Source: Microbacteriaceae bacterium (lineage in GTDB: Bacteria; Actinomycetota; Actinomycetes; Actinomycetales; Microbacteriaceae). From it: a stretch of 52,013 nucleotides of DNA. The stretch covers positions 1 through 52,013 of the forward strand of contig JAODMW010000061.1 in assembly GCA_025464815.1 (NCBI GenBank). The letters run 5' to 3'. This document shows positions 19,291 through 28,739 of the stretch, piece after piece; positions within the stretch are counted from its first letter, which is position 1; each line of letters starts with the position of its first letter. The translations under genes were made by a program, and so were the position numbers. The notes under the pieces were generated by a model that saw nothing but the letters and a program-made list of their open reading frames with translations, was not told the origin of the DNA and searched no databases.

Positions 19291-20111
19291 GACCCGCACG
19301 TTTGCGCATTGGCCGCTACTCGACGATCATCCTGCTCGGGCTCATCATCGCCTTTCCCATGCTGTACCTGCTGTCGGGTTCCCTGATGTCGTTCAGCGAC
19401 ATCGCGCAGTACCCGCCGCGCCTGTTCCCGACCACGCCGATCTGGGAGAACTTCGCCCAGGCCTGGAGCTACCTCACCCCGCGCACAATCCTGAACACCT
19501 TTGCCTTCGTTGGCAGCGTTTTGCTCATCCAGCTGGCCATCTGCCTGCCGGCGGGATTCGCGCTGTCGAAGATCAAGTTCCGTGGCTCCAAGGTGGTGTT
19601 CGGACTGTTCCTGGTCCCCGTGCTGCTGCCGACCAACCTGCTCCTGATCCCGACCTTCGTTGTCACCCTGCAGCTGGGGCTCATCGGCAACTTTTTCGGG
19701 CTGGTCCTTCCGATCGCCGGGCAGGCATCGGTGGGAGTGCTGCTGTTCCGACAGTTCTTCTCCACGCTCCCTGACGGCCTGATCGATGCTGCTCGCATCG
19801 ACGGGGCCAACTGGTTCCGGACGTTCTACAGCATCGCACTGCCGCTGGCGCGACCGATCATCGCGGCGTACTCGGTTGTGACGTTCCTCACCGCGTGGAA
19901 TCTCTATATCTGGCCGCTGCTCGCTGCTCCTGGAGAGCAGACCAGGGTACTGACCCTCGCGCTCGCGCCGCTGGCGACGACCCAGTTCTCCAACATCTCG
20001 CCCTCCGTCGGATTTGCCGCGGCCGTCATCGCCATGGTGCCCGTGCTGGTTGTGTTCGTGGTGTTCCAGAAGTGGTTCACCCGCGGCATCGCCGGCACCG
20101 GCCTCGAGTAG
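19287..20111 (+). CDS. Carbohydrate ABC transporter permease
   Basis: LIDAARIDGA EAA motif, WNLYIWPL; ATGA overlap with upstream permease. Confidence 0.92.
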   Translation: MRPARLRIGRYSTIILLGLIIAFPMLYLLSGSLMSFSDIAQYPPRLFPTTPIWENFAQAWSYLTPRTILNTFAFVGSVLLIQLAICLPAGFALSKIKFRGSKVVFGLFLVPVLLPTNLLLIPTFVVTLQLGLIGNFFGLVLPIAGQASVGVLLFRQFFSTLPDGLIDAARIDGANWFRTFYSIALPLARPIIAAYSVVTFLTAWNLYIWPLLAAPGEQTRVLTLALAPLATTQFSNISPSVGFAAAVIAMVPVLVVFVVFQKWFTRGIAGTGLE

Positions 20112-20119
20112 GCAGCGCC

Positions 20120-22735
20120 ATGAACAAGGACTCCGCGCCGAGCGCGGTGCGCGTCGGCGTGCGCATCGATGAGCCGATCCGGTTCGAGCAGTCGAGCCCA
20201 TCGACGCCTGGGCGGGCGGGCGACGCACCGGTCACGTTCGTCGGCGTCTCCTCCCCGCGCCTCAGCTGGCGGGTCGGTACGGCTGTCTCCGGGTGGCGTC
20301 AAACCGGCATCGAAATCGAGGCGACGTATCCGGACGGCAGCACGCTGATCGCGCCTCTCGAAGGCGACGGCCAGATTCTTCTCGACTGGCCGTTCGCACC
20401 GCTTGAGTCACGAGACTGGGCCGAACTGCGGGTGCGCGTTGCCGGCCCTGGCGGCTGGAGTCCGTGGAGTCCACCAGCCGCTGTCGAGGCATCCCTTCTG
20501 CACGAATCCGACTGGGTTGCGAACTGGATCACGCCGGCAGCGGGCGCGGATCCAGGCGACCCTGCGCCCATAATCGGTACCGCGTTCGAGGTGGACTCCG
20601 GTCTCATCCGGGCGCGTCTGCACGTCACCGCGCTCGGCATTGTCACACCCCGCATCAACGGTGACCTCGTGTCGGGCGACCACTTCGCGCCAGGGTGGAC
20701 CACTTACGACCGCCTCATCCGCTTTCGAAGCTACGACGTGACCACCCTGCTGCGCGAGGGTGACAATCAGCTCAGCGCGCTGGTCGGCAACGGCTGGTAT
20801 CGCGGCCGGATTGCCTCGCTGCCCATCCACAGGGCGCGCGCCTACGGTGACCGGCTTGGCCTGCTCGCGCAGCTTGAACTCGAGTACGCAGACGGGCGCC
20901 GCGTCACGATCGGCACCGACGAGCAGTGGCGAACGGCGCCGTCGCGAATCCTCGCCAATGACTTCTACGACGGGCAGACGACAGACCTGCGGGCGCAGGC
21001 TACACCATCGCTTGCCGCGTCCGTCGAGCGGCTCGACGCCGAAATCGGACGGCTCGATCTCGCCGTCGCCCCACCCGTGCGCGAGCTGGAGGCGATCGCG
21101 ACGACCACGGTGCAGGCTCACGCCGACAGCGTCATCGCCGACTTCGGGCGCAATCTCGTCGGCTGGGTGCGGCTGCGCGTGACGGCGCCCGCCGGAACGA
21201 CGGTCGTCGTGCGGCACGCCGAAGTTCTGGATGACGGCGAGCTGTCGATCCGTCCATTGCGTTCTGCAGAAGCCACCGATCGGTACGTCCTTGCGGGCGG
21301 GACCGACGAGCTGCTCGAACCGGAGCTCACCTACCACGGCTTCCGTTACGCCGAAATCAACGGCCTGCCGCCCGGGGCGATCGTCTCGATCGAAGCCGTG
21401 TCAATTGGCAGCGACCTGACCCGAACTGCCTGGTTCGAGTGCTCCGATCCCGCGCTGTCGCAGCTGCATCAGAACGTCGTCAACAGCATGGTCGGTAACT
21501 TCCTCGACGTGCCGACGGACTGCCCCCAGCGCGACGAGCGCCTGGGTTGGAGCGGCGACATCCAGGTGTTCGCCCCCACGGCATCCACCCTCTTCGACGT
21601 CTCGGCATTTCTCGGCGGATGGCTGGATTCGCTCGCGCTCGACCAGCTGCCGGATGGCACGGTACCCGCCACCGTTCCGCGGGTGTTTCCCAAAGAATCC
21701 GCCCTCGCGGGATGGGGAGACGCCGCGGTGGTCGTCCCATGGGTGCTCTACCAGCGCGATGGCGACGTCGGTATTCTGCGGCGGCAGTACGCCAGCATGG
21801 TCGCCTGGGTCGAACGCGTGCACTCGCTCGCCGGCGATGAGCTGCTCTGGCGCGGCGGCGAACAGCTGGGCGATTGGCTCGACCCGCTCGCCCCACCGGA
21901 CAAACCAGCGGCAGCCCAGGCTGACCCCGATGTCGTTGCGACCGCCTACTTCTTCCACTCGGTCGACCTGCTCGCCCTCAGCGCCGATGCTCTCGGGATG
22001 ACCGGAGACGCAGAACGCTACGCGACGCTTGCGGCGCGCATCCGGTCCGCCTTCTCTGCCGCGTATGTGCATGACGATGGGCGTATCACGAGCGACTGCC
22101 AGACGGTCTACGCGCTTGCGCTCGCGTGGGAGATGATCGATGACGACGAGGTTCGATCCCGCGCCGGTGAGCGCCTTGCAGAGCTGGTCGAGTCACAGGG
22201 CTTCACGGTCGCGACCGGATTCCTCGGCACGCCCGTCGTACTGCATGCCCTCACCATCGCGGGGCGAACCGATCATGCTTACCGAATGCTGACCACGCGG
22301 GCATTCCCGAGCTGGCTCTACGCCGTCGACCTCGGCGCCACGACGATCTGGGAGCGCTGGGACAGCCTGCTGCCGGACGGCTCTGTGAACCCGGGAGAGA
22401 TGACCTCGTTCAACCACTACGCTTTCGGGGCCGTGGCGGATTGGATGCATCGCACGATCGGCGGTCTGACCAGCCTTGCACCCGGCTGTCGTACGGTACG
22501 CGTCGCCCCGGTTCCCGGGGCAGGGCTGACGAGCGGCGGGATCACCTACGACTCCCCCTACGGTCGAATTCGCTCCAGTTGGAAGTTGATCGAGAGCCGC
22601 TTCGAGCTAGAACTGACGGTGCCGGTCGGCGTGACAGCGGCCGTGGAGCTGCCGGATGGCACCCTCGTAACGAACGTCGAACACGGCCACCACAGCTTCG
22701 CCGTGGATGCGCCCGTCATGCTGGCGACGGCGTGA
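20120..22735 (+). CDS. GH78 alpha-L-rhamnosidase (canonical type)
   Basis: APGWTTY, DFGRNLVGW, YHGFRY, PTDCPQRDERLGWSGD, GATTIWERWD, MTSFNHYAFG. Confidence 0.95.
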   Translation: MNKDSAPSAVRVGVRIDEPIRFEQSSPSTPGRAGDAPVTFVGVSSPRLSWRVGTAVSGWRQTGIEIEATYPDGSTLIAPLEGDGQILLDWPFAPLESRDWAELRVRVAGPGGWSPWSPPAAVEASLLHESDWVANWITPAAGADPGDPAPIIGTAFEVDSGLIRARLHVTALGIVTPRINGDLVSGDHFAPGWTTYDRLIRFRSYDVTTLLREGDNQLSALVGNGWYRGRIASLPIHRARAYGDRLGLLAQLELEYADGRRVTIGTDEQWRTAPSRILANDFYDGQTTDLRAQATPSLAASVERLDAEIGRLDLAVAPPVRELEAIATTTVQAHADSVIADFGRNLVGWVRLRVTAPAGTTVVVRHAEVLDDGELSIRPLRSAEATDRYVLAGGTDELLEPELTYHGFRYAEINGLPPGAIVSIEAVSIGSDLTRTAWFECSDPALSQLHQNVVNSMVGNFLDVPTDCPQRDERLGWSGDIQVFAPTASTLFDVSAFLGGWLDSLALDQLPDGTVPATVPRVFPKESALAGWGDAAVVVPWVLYQRDGDVGILRRQYASMVAWVERVHSLAGDELLWRGGEQLGDWLDPLAPPDKPAAAQADPDVVATAYFFHSVDLLALSADALGMTGDAERYATLAARIRSAFSAAYVHDDGRITSDCQTVYALALAWEMIDDDEVRSRAGERLAELVESQGFTVATGFLGTPVVLHALTIAGRTDHAYRMLTTRAFPSWLYAVDLGATTIWERWDSLLPDGSVNPGEMTSFNHYAFGAVADWMHRTIGGLTSLAPGCRTVRVAPVPGAGLTSGGITYDSPYGRIRSSWKLIESRFELELTVPVGVTAAVELPDGTLVTNVEHGHHSFAVDAPVMLATA

Positions 22736-22820
22736 CGTCATGCGGGATTTTGCCGGGCTCCCTGGCACGCGCTCGCAGGTAAACTGCACCCTACCCAATG
22801 AATAATCTGACAGCCATCCC

Positions 22821-23831
22821 ATGAGGGCCAACGTAGGCATCCGCGACGTTGCCCAGGCTGCTGGCGTGTCGGTTGGTACGGTCTCAAACGCGCTGAACCA
22901 CCCCGATCAGGTGAGTTCGAAGACGCTCGCCCGGGTGCAGCAGACCATGCAGGCGCTCGGCTTCGTGCGCAACGACCTCGCTCGCCAGCTTCGCATGGGC
23001 AGGGGAACGGCGATCGGTTTCGTTGCCGTCAACATCGCCAACCCATTCTTCGCAGACCTCGCCCACGAACTCGAGGCCGCGGCGGAAGAAGTCGGCCACA
23101 CCATCGTGCTCGGCTCGAGCGATCAGAACGCCGCCCGAGAGCAGCGCTACATCGACCTGTTCGATGAGCAGCGTGTGCGTGGACTGCTCATCGTTCCGCA
23201 GCATGGTCTCACCCCGAGGCTGAGCCGACTGCGGGCGAGCGGAACCCCCGTAGTTCTCTTCGACGGCAACCTCGATTCGGATGAGGTGTGCTCGGTCGGA
23301 CTCGACGGTGCTGCCGGTGGATACATGGCGGTGCGCCATCTCGTCGAGACCGGTCGACGACGGCTGGTCGTCGCCGGTGGACCGCTCTCCCAGATCGGTG
23401 ACCGCGTGTCCGGGGCGGCGCGCGCAGCGCAGGAGACGGCGGGCGTCACGCTCTCCATCATCGAGACAGACGACCTCACGGTTGAGCAGGGCAGGCACGT
23501 CGCCGAGCGAATCCTGGCGCTCCGCGAAGAGGACAGGCCGGATGCCGTCTTCGCCGCGAACGACCTGCTCGCGATCGGCCTGATCCAAACCCTCATTCTC
23601 GATCGCACGCTCTCGGTGCCGCGGGACATCGCGATCGTCGGCTACGACGATATCGACTTCGCGTCATCCACGGTGGTGCCGCTCAGCACTATTCGTCAAC
23701 CCCGGGAGTCGTTGGCGCGCGCCGCGCTCGAACTGCTCGAACAGGAGGTGGCAGGAGACGAGAACCATAAGCACGGTCGGCACCTTCTTCAGCCAGAACT
23801 GATCGTGCGGGCAAGCAGCATGGTGCAGTGA
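22821..23831 (+). CDS. LacI family transcriptional regulator
   Basis: IRDVAQAAGVSVGTVSNALN HTH; FAANDLLA, VGYDDI, PLSTIRQP. Confidence 0.95.
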   Translation: MRANVGIRDVAQAAGVSVGTVSNALNHPDQVSSKTLARVQQTMQALGFVRNDLARQLRMGRGTAIGFVAVNIANPFFADLAHELEAAAEEVGHTIVLGSSDQNAAREQRYIDLFDEQRVRGLLIVPQHGLTPRLSRLRASGTPVVLFDGNLDSDEVCSVGLDGAAGGYMAVRHLVETGRRRLVVAGGPLSQIGDRVSGAARAAQETAGVTLSIIETDDLTVEQGRHVAERILALREEDRPDAVFAANDLLAIGLIQTLILDRTLSVPRDIAIVGYDDIDFASSTVVPLSTIRQPRESLARAALELLEQEVAGDENHKHGRHLLQPELIVRASSMVQ

Positions 23832-23862
23832 CGGCCACGCCCGTTAGCTCATCGGCCTACTG

Positions 23863-24618
23863 TCACATGCCGAGGCTCTCACCACCGTCCACGTAGAGGT
23901 CGTGCAGCGAGATGTGCGCCGCCTTGTCTGAGAGTAAAAACTCGATCGCGTTGGCGACATCTTCTGGCTGCGCAACGCGACCGTCCGGGATGCGTGGACG
24001 CCACGTCTCAAGCTCGCCCTCCCACAGCTGGATTCCGGTGTGGTCGGCAGCGAGCTCCGCCATCATCGGCGTCTGCGTTGGACCAGGCGCGACGAAGTTG
24101 ATGCGAACGCCATGCTCACGCACCTCGAGCCCGAGCACGCGCATGGCCTGCCGCATCCCGGCCTTCGACGCGCTGTACGCGGCCTGGCGCAGTCTCGGCA
24201 TACGGGCGGCGATCGAGCCGATGGCGACGATCGCGCCACCGCCGGACCCGATCATGGCGGCCGAATACTGACGTGCGACGTCGTAAGCGCCAACCAGGTT
24301 GATGCTGAGGATGCGCGTGAACTCAGCGGACTCGACCTCGAGTGACGGGCCAGCAGAGAATGCACCGGCGACGATGGCCAGGCGCTGTGTTCCCGGAGTT
24401 GCGGCCACGAGCGCCGCTACAGACTCCGGGTCGGTGATGTCGACACCGAGAGCGGTCGCTTCTGCTCCGCTCGCCGTGAGCTCCGCCGCCAGGTCGGCAG
24501 CGGCATCCTGTTTAATATCTGCGAGCACGACAGGGCCAGATCGCGCCAGGGTGCGCGCGACCTCCGCACCGATTCCTTGCGATGCTCCCACGACGACGGT
24601 GCGGGGGGACTGTTCCAC
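23863..24618 (-). CDS. SDR oxidoreductase, DhbA/EntA-like subfamily
   Basis: GASQGIG, ARMPRLRQAAYSASKA, HISLHDLYVDGGESLG resemble 2,3-dihydro-2,3-dihydroxybenzoate dehydrogenase. Confidence 0.8.
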   Translation of the reverse strand: MEQSPRTVVVGASQGIGAEVARTLARSGPVVLADIKQDAAADLAAELTASGAEATALGVDITDPESVAALVAATPGTQRLAIVAGAFSAGPSLEVESAEFTRILSINLVGAYDVARQYSAAMIGSGGGAIVAIGSIAARMPRLRQAAYSASKAGMRQAMRVLGLEVREHGVRINFVAPGPTQTPMMAELAADHTGIQLWEGELETWRPRIPDGRVAQPEDVANAIEFLLSDKAAHISLHDLYVDGGESLGM

Positions 24619-24627
24619 TGGCTGCTC

Positions 24628-25698
24628 CTAACTGTTGTTAATCGATCCGCGACGAACATCGACCGGTCGATGCTCTGTCGCCGAGATGTACGCGGCCTCA
24701 ATGAGGGAAACCGATGCCGCGGCAACATCTGCCGGCGCCGGGTTGGCAATCTCGCCGCGCACGAGTCGGGCAAACGTCGGCACCGGTTCGGACCGCGCAT
24801 AGGTGGGAAACTCGGCCGGATTCTCGATGTGACGGATGCCGCCACCTGCTTCGAACACCCACGCCTCGGCCTTGAGCAGGTCGTGTTCGAGAACGGCGCG
24901 GGTGCCGTGATAGCGAATCCGGTGGCGCACACGCGAACCCACGGGAGTCGTACCCGTCGAGCTTGCCGTGCCGATGGCTCCGCCGTCCAGTCGGAATGTC
25001 AGCGCATTGACGACGTCGACCGCGAGGCCACGATTGTGCATATAGGCGAAGACCTCTACGGCCTGCTTGCCGGTATTCCAGAGCAGGTTTCCCAGAAGAT
25101 GCGTCAGCTGGGTCTGCCCCTGGCCCCCGCCCGACAGCAGTGGATTCGAGTAGGTCGTTCCATGTGGCCGGCTCGGGTCCTCCAAGTGGGCGGCGAGCGG
25201 ATCCACCGTGCTGAACAGACCCTCTGTCTCGGATGAGAACTCCGCGTTAACGCACACGAGTTCACCGATGTCGTTTGCCACGGTCTCGCGCACCCGGGAG
25301 GCGGTTGCCGCGTACTGATAGGTGAACCCGACCGAGAGCGTGCGCCCCAGTTCGCGGGCGAGCTCAACGAGCGCCCAGGCGTCCTCGGCCGTCGTCGTCA
25401 GAGGCTTCTCGACCAGTACATCGACCCCCGCGCGGAGCAACGCTTCGACGATGGGACGATGCGTTGTGTGCGGAGTCGCCACAACGGCGCAGTCGATCTC
25501 GACCGCGTCAAGCATCGCTGCGACGTCGGTGAAAGCACCGTGCGCACCGAATTCGCGCGCCGCAGCGTTCGCGCGCTGAGCATCCGGGTCGCAGACGGCG
25601 ACGAACTCGATGCTCGGGACTGCAGCGAGCGCGGGAAGATGCGCCGCGTGTGCCCACCATCCCGCCCCGACCATGGCGAAGCGAAGCCGGTCTGTCAC
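24628..25698 (-). CDS. Gfo/Idh/MocA family oxidoreductase
   Basis: VGAGWWA, VATPH, VLVEKPLT; GTG overlaps rhmD stop. Confidence 0.9.
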   Translation of the reverse strand: MTDRLRFAMVGAGWWAHAAHLPALAAVPSIEFVAVCDPDAQRANAAAREFGAHGAFTDVAAMLDAVEIDCAVVATPHTTHRPIVEALLRAGVDVLVEKPLTTTAEDAWALVELARELGRTLSVGFTYQYAATASRVRETVANDIGELVCVNAEFSSETEGLFSTVDPLAAHLEDPSRPHGTTYSNPLLSGGGQGQTQLTHLLGNLLWNTGKQAVEVFAYMHNRGLAVDVVNALTFRLDGGAIGTASSTGTTPVGSRVRHRIRYHGTRAVLEHDLLKAEAWVFEAGGGIRHIENPAEFPTYARSEPVPTFARLVRGEIANPAPADVAAASVSLIEAAYISATEHRPVDVRRGSINNS

Positions 25699-26912
25699 GC
25701 GTACTCCTCGAGTGACTCGCGCGTCACGGGACGCACCAGGGTGAAGTCCGGGTTCAGGTCCAAGCCGAAGCCCGGTGCGGAGCCTGGTGCCACACGACCA
25801 TCGACCGGCAGTGGCTCGCCCAGAAGCAGCGGACCCTGGAACGGCACCACACTGTCGCCCATGCCGACCATGACCGGGAATTCGGCAAACGTCGCCTCTG
25901 GATACGCGCTCAGGAAGTGGTAGCTGTAGATGCCGCCCACATGGGGAATGATGCGCTTGCCGCACGCGGATGCAACCGCGGCGATGCGCTTCATCTCCGT
26001 TATGCCGCCGCACCACATGGGGTCAGGCTGGATGATGTCGACCCCGGCTTCACACAGCAGGCGGAAGCCAGCCGCCGTATATTCGTGCTCACCGGTGTTG
26101 AGGGTCATCGATGCTGGCATCCGGCGGCGCAACTCGGCGTGTCCCGCGTAGTCGTCCGGCCGAAGCGGTTCCTCGAGCCAACGGAATCCGAGAGGCTCGA
26201 CCGCCTGCGCGAGGCGAACCGCGTAGTCGACGTTCAGCGACATCCAGCAGTCGAAGTACAGCGGGAAGGCGTCGCCGACCGCCTCACGTGCCCGTGTTGC
26301 CCGCTCGACATTGCGGCGGAATCCCTCTTCCCCCTCGCTGGGGCCGTAGGTGAGGGGAAGCTTGGCTCCGTAGAAGCCGAGGGCCTCGATCGGGCCAGCG
26401 AGCGGGCCGGTTCCATACATCGGGATGTCCGCGGAGGTCGGTCCGCCCAGCAGTTCGAACACGGGCTGGCCCGCCAGGCGCCCATGCAGATCCCAGATTG
26501 CAAGGTCGACGGCCGATATCGCGTGGAGCACGATGCCCTTGCGGCCGTACATCAGGGTGCTCCCGAACATGCGATCCGAGATCGTCTCGTGCGCATATGC
26601 CGACTGACCCTCGACGATGTCCGCGAGGTGCAGCTCTACGATGGCGGCGGCAGCGACCCCGCCATTCGTTGTGCCGATGCCGATCTCGCCGGATGCGCTC
26701 TCGACCTGCACAATGACGGTGCGTCCGGAGTCGCGACCGGTCGCCGAGGGACGATGATTCCTGAACTCCGGGTACTTGGTCATCGGGTTCGCAACTTTGC
26801 CACGGCGCCAGTCGTGCACATCTTCCGGTGCATCCGGTATCGGTTCGGCGACACGCTTAGGCGACTTCACCACGAACGCTCTGACGGAGACGATGGTGTC
26901 TTTGTTTGGCAC
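25695..26912 (-). CDS. rhmD: L-rhamnonate dehydratase (enolase superfamily)
   Basis: ANPMTKYP, AISAVDLAIWDL, GAKLPL-YGP-EG, DCWMSL, EEPL, GEHE, QPD-WCGG, IPH, GEPLPVDG follow RhmD along the whole length. Confidence 0.85.
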   Translation of the reverse strand: MPNKDTIVSVRAFVVKSPKRVAEPIPDAPEDVHDWRRGKVANPMTKYPEFRNHRPSATGRDSGRTVIVQVESASGEIGIGTTNGGVAAAAIVELHLADIVEGQSAYAHETISDRMFGSTLMYGRKGIVLHAISAVDLAIWDLHGRLAGQPVFELLGGPTSADIPMYGTGPLAGPIEALGFYGAKLPLTYGPSEGEEGFRRNVERATRAREAVGDAFPLYFDCWMSLNVDYAVRLAQAVEPLGFRWLEEPLRPDDYAGHAELRRRMPASMTLNTGEHEYTAAGFRLLCEAGVDIIQPDPMWCGGITEMKRIAAVASACGKRIIPHVGGIYSYHFLSAYPEATFAEFPVMVGMGDSVVPFQGPLLLGEPLPVDGRVAPGSAPGFGLDLNPDFTLVRPVTRESLEEYA

Positions 26913-26917
26913 GGAGA

Positions 26918-27427
26918 TCAGGCCTTTCTGGTTGGAGTGGATTGTGCCGACGAAAAGTCGACGTTGAAGGACTTTGCGGAGTACTTGCCGAACCAGTCCG
27001 CGATATCGCGATTAGGCCATCCGCCCCGGTCTTCGAGCACCTGGGGCCGGTCCCAGTGATACAGGGTCACATTCGGTTGGATGCCGGCGGAAAGCAGGTC
27101 GTCGATGAGTCGATCGTAGAAGTCGATCCCCTTCTGGTTCACAACGCCAACGCCATCGGGCATAAGCCGCGACCAGCTCAGTGACAGCCGGTCCGTGTCG
27201 ATCCCCAGGTCTTTCACCAACGCGATGTCTTCGGGATAGCGGTGGTAATGATCGCAGGCGACGTTTCCTGGTACGTCGCCACGCACCTTTCCCGGGGTCT
27301 GGCTGGAGGTGTCCCAGATGGAGGGGCTCTTGCCGTCTTCATCCCAGGCTCCTTCAATCTGGAAGGCACTGGTTGCTACGCCGAATTCAAAGGTGGGCGG
27401 CAGTTGCAGAGTGATGATGGATCCCAT
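26918..27427 (-). pseudogene. Truncated GH1 beta-glucosidase
   Basis: [33 protein letters not shown] present; ORF stops at ~169 aa, before the NEP and ENG catalytic motifs. Confidence 0.85.
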
Positions 27428-27506
27428 TCGTTTGTCGAGGTTCGAGTACCCGGCGAGTGACAAAGAGACAGCGTGACGAACGACCGTCGCGCATATAGGC
27501 GTAGGA

Positions 27507-27518
27507 TGAATCGTTTCA
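27507..27518. promoter_or_regulatory. LacI-type operator TGAATCGTTTCA
   Basis: Upstream of the GH1-pseudogene/rhmD transcription unit. Confidence 0.65.
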
Positions 27519-27527
27519 TATTTCATG

Positions 27528-28739
27528 CTAAGGGCGGGGTTCAGTCTCATCCAGCCAGGCCAGAATGGATGCCTCGTGCTGGTTCAATGCGGGCGGCGAG
27601 CTGTGCTGTCGCAGGGTCGTCTCCACCTCGGCATCGCCGACGTTCTCGAAGAATCGGAGAGGCGGCCCCGGCAACGTGATCGGGCCGAGAATCGTGTGCT
27701 CGACGTCGACAAGCAGTCCCTGAGAGGCGACCTGATCCCACGCGTACACCTCGTCCAGGCTTCGCACGCGGCCTGCCGGGATTCCCGCTTCGTCGAGCAT
27801 GACGAGCAGCCGCTCGACAGTGTGCGTGGCGAATTCCCGCTCGATGACACGGATCACATCCGCGCGATGGGCGACCCGCTCGGCATTGCTCGCAAATCCG
27901 GGTGCGGCCGAATCGAGCCCGAAGGTGTCGCAGAAGCGGCGCCAGAGTGCCTCGCTGCCCACGCTGATCTGCACCGCGCCGTCCTCGCACGCAAAGAGAC
28001 CGTATGGCGCGATGGACGGATGATGGTTTCCCTGTGCGCGAGGCACTTCACCCGCTACGGTGGCGCGGGTGCCCTGGAATGCATGCACCCCGACGAGGGC
28101 GGCGAGCAAAGACGTGCGCACCACTTCTCCACGCCCGGTCTTCTGCTTGCGCTGCAGAGCCGCAAGCACGCCGTATGCACCATAGATCCCGGCGAGCAGG
28201 TCGCCGATCGGCACACCCACCCGTTGCGGATCGTTTGGCCCCGATCCAGTCATCGACATCAGGCCGGACTCACCCTGAGCGATCTGGTCGTAGCCCGCGC
28301 GGCCACCCTCCGGTCCGTCGTGGCCGAACCCGGTGATGGACAGGATGACGAGCCGCAGATTGAGTTCGTGCAACCGCCCGGTTGACAAGCCAAGCCGTGA
28401 CATCACACCCGACCTGAAGTTCTCGACGAGCACATCGGCACGGGCGATGAGGCGTTCGAGCGTGCGGAGGTCCTCGTCAGACTTCAGATCAAGAGTGATC
28501 GACTCCTTGTTGCGATTGCACGCCAGAAAGTACGTCGCCTGCGGGTCGTCGGCTGGGCCGACGAACGGCGGACCCCAGCCCCGCGAGTCATCGCCCGTTC
28601 CCTGCGCTTCGACCTTTATTACGCGTGCACCCTGGTCGCCGAGCATCATGGCCGCATGCGGTCCCGCGAGCGCCCTGCTGAGGTCCACCACGAGGAGACC
28701 GGCGAGGGGACCGGCTGCCGCATCATCTAACTCGGTCAT
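27528..28739 (-). CDS. CaiB/BaiF family III CoA-transferase
   Basis: [47 protein letters not shown]. Confidence 0.93.
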   Translation of the reverse strand: MTELDDAAAGPLAGLLVVDLSRALAGPHAAMMLGDQGARVIKVEAQGTGDDSRGWGPPFVGPADDPQATYFLACNRNKESITLDLKSDEDLRTLERLIARADVLVENFRSGVMSRLGLSTGRLHELNLRLVILSITGFGHDGPEGGRAGYDQIAQGESGLMSMTGSGPNDPQRVGVPIGDLLAGIYGAYGVLAALQRKQKTGRGEVVRTSLLAALVGVHAFQGTRATVAGEVPRAQGNHHPSIAPYGLFACEDGAVQISVGSEALWRRFCDTFGLDSAAPGFASNAERVAHRADVIRVIEREFATHTVERLLVMLDEAGIPAGRVRSLDEVYAWDQVASQGLLVDVEHTILGPITLPGPPLRFFENVGDAEVETTLRQHSSPPALNQHEASILAWLDETEPRP

